DNA from: Kineococcus radiotolerans SRS30216 = ATCC BAA-149
GTDB lineage: Bacteria; Actinomycetota; Actinomycetes; Actinomycetales; Kineococcaceae
Reading direction: 5' to 3'
Length of the DNA stretch: 32,000 nt
NCBI RefSeq assembly: GCF_000017305.1
Contig: NC_009664.2
Span: 2,490,001-2,522,000 of the forward strand
Made by a program: the position numbers and the translations under genes. The first letter of the stretch is position 1; every line of letters starts with the position of its first letter. The notes below the pieces were generated by a model. It ran no database searches, was not told where the DNA came from, and worked only from the letters and a program-made list of their open reading frames with translations. Of this stretch, positions 1-7,935 are shown piece by piece.

Positions 1-90
1 CTCGCGGCGCTCGTAGGCACTCAGCGGTGCCGGCGGGGCAGCAGGGGAGACCGCGGCCTGCTGGTCCTGGTTCAACGACCCGTCGTCCAT
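1..90 (-). CDS. 5' end of an unidentified protein-coding gene that continues past the window start
   Basis: The reverse strand reads ATG (88-90) then GAC GAC GGG TCG..., giving MDDGSLNQDQQAAVSPAAPPAPLSAYERRE with G/C-rich third positions. It is too short for the ORF track. An AT-richer divergent intergenic region follows (91-177). No family recognised. Confidence 0.3.
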   Translation of the reverse strand, partial: MDDGSLNQDQQAAVSPAAPPAPLSAYERRE

Positions 91-177
91 GTGGCCCTCT
101 CACTTCGCCCTCTGCAACTTTCTCGGTACTCAAGGTATGCAGATAAGGTAGGTCGCCGCTGGTGATCGGGGACTGCT

Positions 178-462
178 ATGTCCCACCGACCGATCGTCGT
201 GACCCTCGCCGGGCACCTGACCCCGCTGTTGGGGCCCTACGACCCCGCTGCCACCGACAGCCGCCAGATTGCCGTGCGGGGGCGCGTCGGGCACCTGCTC
301 GAAGCGCGCACCGTCCGCCCGGGGCGCCGCCTCTCGACGGCGCTGCTCGATGAGGGCGGCGTCGAGGAACGGCACTTGCCGACCTCGGCGACCGGCGGCG
401 CGGCCGGGTTCGTCGATGACGCGGTGCGCGAAGCGCTGCGTGGGCGGGTCCGCTACAGCTGA
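178..462 (+). CDS. hypothetical protein (94 aa)
   Basis: ATG ORF from the track with G/C at nearly every third codon position. GGGGA lies a few nt upstream of the ATG. A hairpin follows at 495-534. No family recognised. Confidence 0.55.
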   Translation: MSHRPIVVTLAGHLTPLLGPYDPAATDSRQIAVRGRVGHLLEARTVRPGRRLSTALLDEGGVEERHLPTSATGGAAGFVDDAVREALRGRVRYS

Positions 463-494
463 CCCACCCGCCCGGGCTGCCGGGCGCCTGTGAC

Positions 495-534
495 CACCAC
501 CGCCCCGACCGGCTGACGCCTCGGGGCGGTGGTG
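495..534 (+). terminator. candidate intrinsic terminator hairpin
   Basis: Perfect 14-bp inverted repeat CACCACCGCCCCGA (495-508) / TCGGGGCGGTGGTG (521-534) with a 12-nt loop, about 30 nt after the stop at 462. There is no U-tract, which is common in high-GC actinobacteria. Confidence 0.4.
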
Positions 535-729
535 CGTCGTCGCAGGTCAGGTGGGGTGCGTTAGGCCAATGGTGAAGTCAACAGAGGGGTTGTTGCCTGC
601 TATTTCCGATTTAGGGGTGGGCCGTCCGTCGTCCTGGCCGGGATGCGAAGCGGTTACGCCGTTCGAGAAAGGAGTCGGCGCTTGCTCCGCATGACCCATG
701 ACCACACCACCGACCGAAAGTAGGCCCCT

Positions 730-1113
730 GTGCTGATCGTGAAGCTGACCGTCGACGAAGTCACCGCCGACGGCATCGAACTCGACCTCGAGTCAACCCT
801 GACCGTCACCACCAGGGACGTTTTCGCCGACGGCGTCGAGGTGCTGTGCGCTGACGTTCTGCGGCACCTCGGCGCTGGACCTGCTGAGCCGGGCGTGCTC
901 GTCGACGACGCGGCCACCACCGCCGTCGATGTCGCCACCGCTGGCGGGCCGCTCGACACGCTCACCCCCCGCGAACTAGGGCGGCTGCGGATGACCGTCG
1001 AGAACGAGGACATCCGCGACCGACGCCGCCGCTTCGACCCCATCGCGTCCGCCGACGACCTCGCGATGGTGCTGCCGATCCTGCGGAAGCTGCTCGCCGC
1101 GCACCCCAGCTAA
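730..1113 (+). CDS. hypothetical protein (127 aa)
   Basis: GTG ORF from the track with strongly G/C-biased third positions. No family recognised. The start is uncertain: a strong SD plus TTG lies in the same frame upstream, separated by a TAG (see findings). Confidence 0.5.
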   Translation: MLIVKLTVDEVTADGIELDLESTLTVTTRDVFADGVEVLCADVLRHLGAGPAEPGVLVDDAATTAVDVATAGGPLDTLTPRELGRLRMTVENEDIRDRRRRFDPIASADDLAMVLPILRKLLAAHPS

Positions 1114-1146
1114 AGGCGGAGCGTTGTCAACACCCTCAAGCCGAAC

Positions 1147-1640
1147 GTGTTCGACGAGCACGCCGCCTTGGTCAGGCTCGCCGAGGCTCTGACCGGTGCG
1201 ATGGAACGGCGCGCGCTCGTGCTCGAAGCCGACGGGCAGCAGATCGCGCGGTCACCGCGAGCGGGATGCACAACACGGCGGCGTGGCGCTCATCTGAGCG
1301 ATGCCCCCCTGATCGCTTTCCCATGCCGTGCCCACCCCGTGGCGTGGCGACCATCGCGCAACTCCTCGATGAGGTGCTGCCGCAGACACCGATCACGACG
1401 GTGGCCCAGCTGGTCCGGCTCACGGGCCGCTCCCCGCAGGCCGTCAAAGAGGCCGTCGACCGGCTGCACCGGGCCGGTGTTCTGGTGCAGACCACCGCGG
1501 GCCGCCGCAACCGTGCCTTCGAGGTTGACGGGCTCGTCGAGCTCATCGCCGGGTTCGAGCGGTCGCTGGCCTCACCCGTCGGCGACACCGCGGTCGAGTC
1601 ACCCGTCCGGCCCGTGCCGCGGCGCTCGCCCGACCATTGA
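1147..1640 (+). pseudogene. probable frameshifted, 5'-truncated remnant; the 3' part encodes a winged-helix domain like the C-terminus of Fic-family proteins
   Basis: The coding signal is in frame 1 from 1147 to about 1266 (FDEHAALVRLAEALTGAMERRALVLEADGQQIARSPRAG). It switches to frame 3 from about 1344 (VATIAQLLDEVLPQTPITTVAQLVRLTGRSPQAVKEAVDRLHRAGVLVQTTAGRRNRAFEVDGLVELI). About 77 nt, not a multiple of 3, lie between the two parts. The joined pattern matches my recollection of Fic-family C-terminal wHTH regions (...P.vt...la..lgvs..ta.r.l..L...GvL.e....g.rnr.f...el...). No Fic core motif (HPFxxGNGR) is present. Alternatively, 1266/1323/1344..1640 is an independent small wHTH protein. Confidence 0.4.
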
Positions 1641-1809
1641 CATCGATCATCAGTTGATTGCGCGATCCGCGCACCGGGGCTAGCGTGCTTCGTGCGTCCT
1701 GAACGGATCGACGCGCTGCTTTCTGACCAGCACGGCGCCCAGGCAGAGCGACGGTCTCGTCCCGAGATGCGGATGAGCTGTGCGACAGAAGGTCGACGAG
1801 GAGGTCGAA

Positions 1810-3975
1810 GTGGGAGATCTGCTCATCCTCGCCGACGATCTTTCCGGCGCCGCGGAGTCAGCCGCCGCCCTGCGAGTGCGCGGTTCGCGCAGAACGGACC
1901 CGGTCCATGTTGGCTTCTGGCCCACCGACGTCCCAGCGGACGACACCGTCCTCGACCTCCACTGCCGCCACCTGAGCCCTGCCGACGCCGAGCGCCGCGT
2001 CCACGAGGTGCTGGCCGCTGCCCCCGGCCGCACCGTCGTCGCCAAGATCGACAGCCTGCTGCGCGGCAACCTCGTACCCCTCCTGCGCGCCCTGCCCCGC
2101 CCGGTCGTCCTGGCCCCGGCCCTGCCGGTCGCGGGACGCACCGTCGTCGGTGGCCGGGTCCTCGTCGACGGGAACCCGCTGTCCACCACGACCGCTTGGG
2201 CGGCCGAGGGCCGGCCCGCACCGGCGACGGTGGCCGACGCCCTGCCCGGTCTGAGGACCGCTACCGTGCCCTTGGACGTCGTGCGCTCGGCCGGCCTCGC
2301 TGCACACATCGCGCAGGCCCCACCCGGCACGGTCGTCGTCTGCGACGCCGAGACCGACGACGACCTCGACCGCATCGTCACCGCGTCGCCCGGGTGCTTC
2401 CTCGTCGGCTCGGCCGGGTTGGTCGCGGCGGTGGCTCGGGCCCTCCCCGCCGACGGCGACCCCGGTACGACGACGACCCGCCCGTCGCACCACCTCGTCG
2501 TGGTCGTCGGCACCGCGGAACCCACGGCGCAGCACCAGGCCGACCTGCTGGTGCAGATGGGGGCGATCGCGGTCGACCTGCCCTGCGCCGACGTCCTGCG
2601 GGGAACCGTCGACCACCTCACCTGCGCGGTCGCCACGAACCTTCTCACCGTGGTCCGCCTCACCGGCCGCGCCGACGGCCGCGACCTGTCCCGCGCCCTC
2701 GGAAGGACAGTCGCCGACGCCGTCGGTGACGCCGATCTCGTCCTCACCGGCGGGGAGACCGCCCGCCACGTCCTCGACGCTCTGCACGTCCCGTCCCTGC
2801 GCTACGTGGCGCAGATCGAGCACGGCGCCGTCCGCTCCGAGACCCCCGACGGCCGGCACGTCGTCACCCGCCCCGGCAGCTTCGGCGGCCCGGACAGCCT
2901 GCTCCGGATCGTGCGCGCGCTGAACCCCGACCTCCTCCCGCCCCGACCTTCGGAAGGCCTCCCCATGAGCAGCAGCGCGAACCCCGCGATCGCCGTGACC
3001 ATGGGCGACGGGGCCGGGGTCGGCCCCGAGGTCGTCGTCGCCGCACTCCTGCACCCGAGCGTCGTCGAGACCTCCCGCTCCGTCGTCGTCGGCGACGCAG
3101 CCCGGCTGCGCCAGGCCGCGGACGTCCTCGGCGTGGACGCGGAAATCGTCCCGGTGCAGGGGGTCGCGGACGCTGTCTTCGAACCCGGGCGCATCAACGT
3201 CGTCGACCTCGGCCTGCTGCCCGCGGACCTGCCGTGGGGGGAGCTGTCCCCCGTGGCCGGCGACGCGGCCTACCACTACGTGCGGGTCGCCAGCGAGATG
3301 GCGATGCGGGGAGAGGTGCAGGCGATCTGCACCGCCCCGTTGAACAAGGAGGCCCTGCACCTCGGCGGCCACGTCTACCCCGGCCACACCGAACTGCTCG
3401 CCGAGCTCACCAGAACCCCGGAGGTGTCGATGATGCTGTCGACCCCGACGTTGAAGGTCATCCACGTCACCACCCACATCGGCCTGATCGACGCCATCGC
3501 CAAGATCGAACCCGGTCTCGTCGAGCGCACCGTCCGCCGCGGTCACACCGCCCTCGTCGCCGCGGGGAACCCGAACCCCAAGATCGGCGTGTGTGCCATC
3601 AACCCCCATGCCGGGGAGGGCGGGTTGTTCGGCTACGGCGAGGAGGCCGAGAAGATCACCCCGGCGATCGAGGCCCTGCGCGCCGGCGGCATCGACGCCA
3701 TCGGCCCACTGCCCGCCGACACCCTCTTCTTCCTCGCCGGCCGCGGCGACTACGACCTCGTCGTCGCGATGTACCACGACCAGGGCCACGGGCCGGTGAA
3801 GGTCCTCGGCATCGAGGCCGGGGTGAACATCACCGTCGGCCTGCCCGTCATCCGCACCTCCGTCGACCACGGCACCGCCTTCGACATCGCCGGCACGGGC
3901 ACGGTCGATACCCGCAGCATGGTCGAGGCCATGCGGCAGGCCATCGAGGTCGCGCCCCGCCCGACCACGAACTGA
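1810..3975 (+). CDS. fusion protein: four-carbon acid-sugar kinase (DUF1537 / OtnK-DtnK family) N-terminal half plus PdxA-family 4-phospho-(hydroxy)acid dehydrogenase C-terminal half
   Basis: This is a single ORF in the track (1780..3975). GTG 1810 is preferred as the start because GAGGAGG (1798-1804) lies 5 nt upstream. Kinase motifs: LILADDLSGAAE near the N-terminus and LVLTGGETARHVL...TRPGSFGG near the end of the kinase half. PdxA motifs from M at 2965: GDGAGVGPEV, YPGHTELLAE, AMYHDQGHGP, TSVDHGTAFDIAGTG. No stop codon separates the two halves. Confidence 0.8.
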   Translation: MGDLLILADDLSGAAESAAALRVRGSRRTDPVHVGFWPTDVPADDTVLDLHCRHLSPADAERRVHEVLAAAPGRTVVAKIDSLLRGNLVPLLRALPRPVVLAPALPVAGRTVVGGRVLVDGNPLSTTTAWAAEGRPAPATVADALPGLRTATVPLDVVRSAGLAAHIAQAPPGTVVVCDAETDDDLDRIVTASPGCFLVGSAGLVAAVARALPADGDPGTTTTRPSHHLVVVVGTAEPTAQHQADLLVQMGAIAVDLPCADVLRGTVDHLTCAVATNLLTVVRLTGRADGRDLSRALGRTVADAVGDADLVLTGGETARHVLDALHVPSLRYVAQIEHGAVRSETPDGRHVVTRPGSFGGPDSLLRIVRALNPDLLPPRPSEGLPMSSSANPAIAVTMGDGAGVGPEVVVAALLHPSVVETSRSVVVGDAARLRQAADVLGVDAEIVPVQGVADAVFEPGRINVVDLGLLPADLPWGELSPVAGDAAYHYVRVASEMAMRGEVQAICTAPLNKEALHLGGHVYPGHTELLAELTRTPEVSMMLSTPTLKVIHVTTHIGLIDAIAKIEPGLVERTVRRGHTALVAAGNPNPKIGVCAINPHAGEGGLFGYGEEAEKITPAIEALRAGGIDAIGPLPADTLFFLAGRGDYDLVVAMYHDQGHGPVKVLGIEAGVNITVGLPVIRTSVDHGTAFDIAGTGTVDTRSMVEAMRQAIEVAPRPTTN

Positions 3976-3985
3976 CGGGGGACGC

Positions 3986-4774
3986 GTGCCCTCCGCAGCG
4001 ACCGGAACCCGGCGCTCCGCCATCGTCGACCTCGCCCTCGAGGAGGGCCTCGCCCACGTCGAGGCGCTCGCCGCGCGGTTCGAGGTGTCACCCTCGACCA
4101 TCCGCCGCGACCTCGCGATCCTCACCGCCGAGGGGCACATCGCCCGCACCTACGGCGGAGCCATCCCGATCAGCGCGCACTCCGAGACGACGCTGCGCCA
4201 GCGGATGGACGAGGCCCATGGCGCCAAGACCGCGATCGGGCGGTGGGCCGCCACGCAGATCGCCGCCGACGACACCGTCCTGCTCGACGTCGGTTCCACC
4301 GTCGGGGCGCTCGCCGCCGAGCTGCGCGGGGCGCGGGGGCTGACCGTCATCACCGCCAGCCTCACCGTCGTCGGCGCGCTGTCCGACGCCGACGGGGTCA
4401 CCGTCGAGTGCCTCGGCGGCCGGTTGCGCCCCGTCAGCCAGGGATTCCTGGGGCCCCTCACCGAGGCCGCGCTGGAACGGATCAGCGCCGACGCGGTGTT
4501 CCTCGGGACCGACGGGATCTCCGACGAGGGGGAGATCTGCGAAGCGGACCAGCAGCAGGTCCGGCTGAAGGAGCTCATGGCGCGGCGCGCGGACCGCGTC
4601 CACGTGCTCGCGCACGGGGCCAAGCTCGGGGTCCGCCCCTTCCACGCCTGGGTCCGGCTCCCGCTGCCCTGGACGGTCGTCACGGACGCCACCGCCCCGG
4701 CGGAACGCGTCGCGGCGCTGCGGGCGCGGGGCGTGGAAGTCGTCGTCGTCGACGAAACCGTGACCCCCACCTGA
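3986..4774 (+). CDS. DeoR/GlpR-family transcriptional regulator
   Basis: N-terminal HTH (HVEALAARFEVSPSTIRRDLAILTAEGHIARTYGGA) and a C-terminal sugar-phosphate-binding-type domain (LLDVGSTVGALA..., VFLGTDGIS). It starts 10 nt after the kinase-PdxA stop. Confidence 0.85.
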   Translation: MPSAATGTRRSAIVDLALEEGLAHVEALAARFEVSPSTIRRDLAILTAEGHIARTYGGAIPISAHSETTLRQRMDEAHGAKTAIGRWAATQIAADDTVLLDVGSTVGALAAELRGARGLTVITASLTVVGALSDADGVTVECLGGRLRPVSQGFLGPLTEAALERISADAVFLGTDGISDEGEICEADQQQVRLKELMARRADRVHVLAHGAKLGVRPFHAWVRLPLPWTVVTDATAPAERVAALRARGVEVVVVDETVTPT

Positions 4775-4786
4775 CCCGCCGGGCGT

Positions 4787-6505
4787 TCAGCGGGCGCGCG
4801 CCCACTCCTGGAACGCCGCCGCTTCCACCGGCCGCGAGAACAGGTACCCCTGCACGACGTCGCACCCCATCTCGGCGAGCAAGCGCCGCTGCTCCTCCGT
4901 CTCCACACCCTCGGCGACGGTGCGGACCCCGACCGCGCGGGCCAGCTGCACGCACGCCTGCACGATGGCGGTGTCGCTCGCGTTCACCCCGAGGCCGGTG
5001 ACGAACGAGCGGTCGATCTTCAACTCGTCGACGGGGAAGCGCTGCAGGTACGTGAGACTGGCGTACCCGGTGCCGAAGTCGTCGACGGAGACGCCCACGC
5101 CGAGGTCCTTCAACGTCGCCAGCGTCGCCGCCGCCGCGTCGGGATCCACGGCGAGGGCGGTCTCGGTGACCTCCAGGACCAGCAGGTGCGCCGCGAGCCG
5201 GTGACGGGCGAGCGCCCCCGTCACCGCGTCCACGAGACCGGGGTCGGTCAGCTGGCGCGTGGACAGGTTCACCGCGACCTCGACCGTCGCGCACTCCGGG
5301 TCGCGGGCCCAGCGCGCGGCCTGCTCCACGGCCGCGTCCAGCACCCACGCACCGAGTTCACGCACCAGGCCGGACTGCTCGGCGAGGTCGATGAACTCCG
5401 ACGGCGGCAGCAGACCGCGCACGGGGTGCTGCCAGCGCACCAGGGCCTCCACGCCGCTGATCCGTCCGTCGTGCACCCGGACCTGGGGCTGGTGGTGCAG
5501 GCGCAACTGGCCGTCGGGGATGCCGCGGCGCAACTCGCCCAGCAGCCGCAGCCGGTCCGCAGCCCCGTCGTCGGTGCGGGGATCGTGCACCTCGACGCGC
5601 TGCCGGCCCCGGGCCTTGGCCCGCTGCATCGCCACCCCGGCGTCGTGCAGCGCCCGGTCCGCGTGGCCGGGCTCGGGGGCGGCGAGCGCCGCGCCGATGC
5701 TCGCGGAGGTGACGACCTCCAGACCGGCGAGGACGACGGGCGCGGTGAGCTCCTCCAGGAGCCGTTCCGCGAGGGCGCGCGCCGCGTCGAGGTCCTCGCA
5801 GCGGTCGACGACGACGAACTCGTCCGCGGAGGACCGCGCCACGACAGCCCCCTCGCGCACCACCGCGCACAGGCGCTCGGCGACCGTCAGCAGCAGTTCG
5901 TCGCCGGCGGCGACGCCCAGGCTCTCGTTGACGACGGCGAAGTGGTCGAGGTCCACGACGAGGACCCCGACCGAGGTGCCGGTCGCGGACTCCAGGTGCA
6001 CCGACAACCCCGCGCGGTTCGGCAACCCGGTCAGCGGGTCCTGCAGCGCACGACGACGGCTCTCGGTCTCGGCGGCGGCGCGGCGGTCGTCGGACTCCTC
6101 GGCCCGGTGCAGGGCGGCGACGAGTTCCCGCTCGTGCGCGCGCCGCTCCGGCGCGCTGAAGACGACGACGCGCACCTCGTCCGGGACGCCGTCCGTCACG
6201 GGGGCGCGGGTGGCGGTGACGAGCGCCGGACGACGCACGCGGTCCGCGCCGACGATCTCCACGACGACCTCGCTCACGGTCCCCGTCGTGCTGAGCTGGG
6301 GCGCGCTGTGCGTGGACCACAGGATCCGGTCCCCGACGGGCAGCAGCCGGTTGAACGCCGACCCCAGCAGGTCCTCGCGCCGGTGCCCGGACCAGTGCAG
6401 GAACGTGTCGTTGACGCGGGTGACCCGCCCGTCGGCGTCCGTCGTCAGGTACCCGCAGGGGGCCTGCTGGAACAGCGCCTCGAACGCGGACGGGTCGTCG
6501 TTCAC
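4787..6505 (-). CDS. PAS - GGDEF (degenerate) - EAL signalling protein, a predicted c-di-GMP phosphodiesterase
   Basis: The track shows one 910-aa ORF (4787..7519), but only the part from GTG 6505 carries domain signal. PAS: FEALFQQAPCGYLTTDADGRVTRVNDTFLHWSG. GGDEF domain: DPLTGLPNRAG...VVDLDHFAVVNESLG...RSSADEF, with SADEF in place of GGDEF. EAL domain: EALVRW, NLSTRQL, EVTE, DDFGTGYASL, KIDRSF, EGVETEEQ. GTG 6505 overlaps the upstream gene's TGA (GTGA). Confidence 0.85.
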   Translation of the reverse strand: MNDDPSAFEALFQQAPCGYLTTDADGRVTRVNDTFLHWSGHRREDLLGSAFNRLLPVGDRILWSTHSAPQLSTTGTVSEVVVEIVGADRVRRPALVTATRAPVTDGVPDEVRVVVFSAPERRAHERELVAALHRAEESDDRRAAAETESRRRALQDPLTGLPNRAGLSVHLESATGTSVGVLVVDLDHFAVVNESLGVAAGDELLLTVAERLCAVVREGAVVARSSADEFVVVDRCEDLDAARALAERLLEELTAPVVLAGLEVVTSASIGAALAAPEPGHADRALHDAGVAMQRAKARGRQRVEVHDPRTDDGAADRLRLLGELRRGIPDGQLRLHHQPQVRVHDGRISGVEALVRWQHPVRGLLPPSEFIDLAEQSGLVRELGAWVLDAAVEQAARWARDPECATVEVAVNLSTRQLTDPGLVDAVTGALARHRLAAHLLVLEVTETALAVDPDAAAATLATLKDLGVGVSVDDFGTGYASLTYLQRFPVDELKIDRSFVTGLGVNASDTAIVQACVQLARAVGVRTVAEGVETEEQRRLLAEMGCDVVQGYLFSRPVEAAAFQEWARAR

Positions 6506-7350
6506 GCGGAGCGGCGCAGGTGGGCGAGGACCGCGGCGGCGGTCTCGTCGGGGGCGCTGACGTGGGGGCAGTGCCCCGACGCCTGCAGCGCCACCAGCGT
6601 GGCGTGCGGCAGCCGGTCGACGACCTCCTGCACGGCGCTGTCGGGGGCGAGGGCGTCGTCCCGGCACTTGAGGACCAGGGTCGGGGTGGTGACGCGGGTC
6701 AGCAGCTCGCGGGAGTCGGTGTGGAACGTGGCCCGGGCGAAGTCGCGAGCGGTGCCGGGGTGCAGCTGCCGGAACGACTCGGTGAACTCCTCCCCGAGCT
6801 CGGGTCGCTCCGGGTTCCCCATGATCATCGGAGCCACGGTGGCGGTCCAGGACAGGTAGTTGACGTCCAGGGAGTCCAGGAGCTCGGCGACGTCCTCGGT
6901 GGAGAAGCCGCCGTCGTACCCGGTGGCGGGGTCGTCGGTGTAGCGCGCCGACGGGGCGATCATCACCACCTGCGCGAACCGTTCGGGGGCGCGGAGCGCA
7001 GCCCGGGCGGCGATCATGGAACTCACGCTGTGCCCCACGACGACGACGTCGCGCAGGTCCAGCTCCTCGCACAGCTCGACGAGGTCGGCCGCGTACCCGT
7101 CGAGGGTCACGTACTTCTCGCGTTCGTAGGCGGCCGTGTCGAAGCCCCCCGCGCCGGCCAGGTCCAGCAGGACGACGCGGTGCGTGGGCAGGAGGGCGGG
7201 CAGCATTCGGTTCCAGCACTGCTGGTCCGTGCCGAAGCCGTGGACGAGCAGGAGCACCGGACCATCGTCGCGGCCGAGGGAGCGGACGTGGTGACGGGCC
7301 GCCGCGACGCGCGCGACGGTGGTGTCCCCGACGGTGGTGGGAGCAGGCAC
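6502..7350 (-). CDS. alpha/beta-hydrolase of the RsbQ / KAI2 / D14 type
   Basis: Motifs seen: VLLLVHGFGTDQQCWNRMLPALL, nucleophile elbow VVVGHSVSSMIA, acid residue in CRDDALAP, and His in ASGHCPHVSAP. Overall collinearity with RsbQ/KAI2 is as I recall those sequences. The start is refined to GTG 7350 (in frame with track ORF 6502..7542), with GGAAGGA 6 nt upstream. Confidence 0.8.
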   Translation of the reverse strand: MPAPTTVGDTTVARVAAARHHVRSLGRDDGPVLLLVHGFGTDQQCWNRMLPALLPTHRVVLLDLAGAGGFDTAAYEREKYVTLDGYAADLVELCEELDLRDVVVVGHSVSSMIAARAALRAPERFAQVVMIAPSARYTDDPATGYDGGFSTEDVAELLDSLDVNYLSWTATVAPMIMGNPERPELGEEFTESFRQLHPGTARDFARATFHTDSRELLTRVTTPTLVLKCRDDALAPDSAVQEVVDRLPHATLVALQASGHCPHVSAPDETAAAVLAHLRRSA

Positions 7351-7628
7351 GACGAGTCCTTCCGGGAGGTGCCCGGCGCTGGGTCGACGGGTCCATCTCC
7401 TCCTTCGGCAGGTGGACCGGGCGTCTTGAAGCCGCAGGTGCCCGTCCCCGCCGGGGGAATGCCCACGACGCGGGGACGTTGTACTCACTGGCGGCGCTCC
7501 GTACGGCCCCGGGCTCCAAAACCCGTCGCTACGAGCGACCACCGTGCCGTCAGGCGCAGTCGGAGCGTCGCCACCTGACCACTCACTCCCGGCCCCGCCG
7601 GGTCGTCAACCGTCCCCAGGAGGACACC

Positions 7629-7895
7629 GTGAAGGGCGACAGGGTCGAGATCGTCGTGGACGCGAGTGGTGACACCCGCACCTACGAGGTCGAGGCCACC
7701 CGCGCCGGCCGCCGCGTCGACGTGACGCACGGCCGAGGCCTGGTCGAGGTCACCGAGGTCACCCGTGGTGGCACCCCCGTGCGCACGGCCCGGTTCATGG
7801 CCGCGCGCGTCATCGCGCTCGTCGAGCACCCCTCGCCGCGCTCAGCGGCCGAGGACGACGACGAGACCGTGCGTCCGCTGCGCGTCAGCGCCTGA
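7629..7895 (+). CDS. hypothetical small protein (88 aa)
   Basis: GTG 7629 is preceded by AGGAGG (5-nt spacer). Third positions are G/C-rich. A strong terminator hairpin follows. The upstream part of track ORF 7479..7895 lacks coding bias. No family recognised. Confidence 0.5.
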   Translation: MKGDRVEIVVDASGDTRTYEVEATRAGRRVDVTHGRGLVEVTEVTRGGTPVRTARFMAARVIALVEHPSPRSAAEDDDETVRPLRVSA

Positions 7896-7901
7896 GTCGT
7901 A

Positions 7902-7935
7902 CGTCGGTCGGGGTGGTCCGCTACCCCGACCGACG
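7902..7935 (+). terminator. intrinsic terminator hairpin after the 88-aa gene
   Basis: 13-bp perfect stem: CGTCGGTCGGGGT (7902-7914), 8-nt loop, ACCCCGACCGACG (7923-7935). It begins 7 nt after the TGA at 7893-7895. Confidence 0.6.

Noticed and set aside
1858-4149. 763-aa ORF on the minus strand, plus several other Arg/Gly/Pro-rich ORFs spanning 1680-4343
   Set aside because: It is antisense to the kinase-PdxA fusion and the DeoR gene, which carry clear family motifs. The composition (runs of R, G, P, A, D) is typical of shadow ORFs in very GC-rich DNA. No motifs recognised.
5186-6859. 557-aa and 433-aa plus-strand ORFs and a 320-aa minus-strand ORF inside the GGDEF-EAL gene
   Set aside because: These are antisense or out of frame relative to a gene with unambiguous PAS/GGDEF/EAL motifs. 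They are shadow ORFs.
6506-7519. N-terminal 338 codons of the 910-aa track ORF 4787..7519
   Set aside because: This part overlaps the RsbQ-like hydrolase gene in another frame and translates to low-complexity Arg/Pro/Gly sequence. Domain signal begins exactly at GTG 6505, which overlaps the hydrolase stop.
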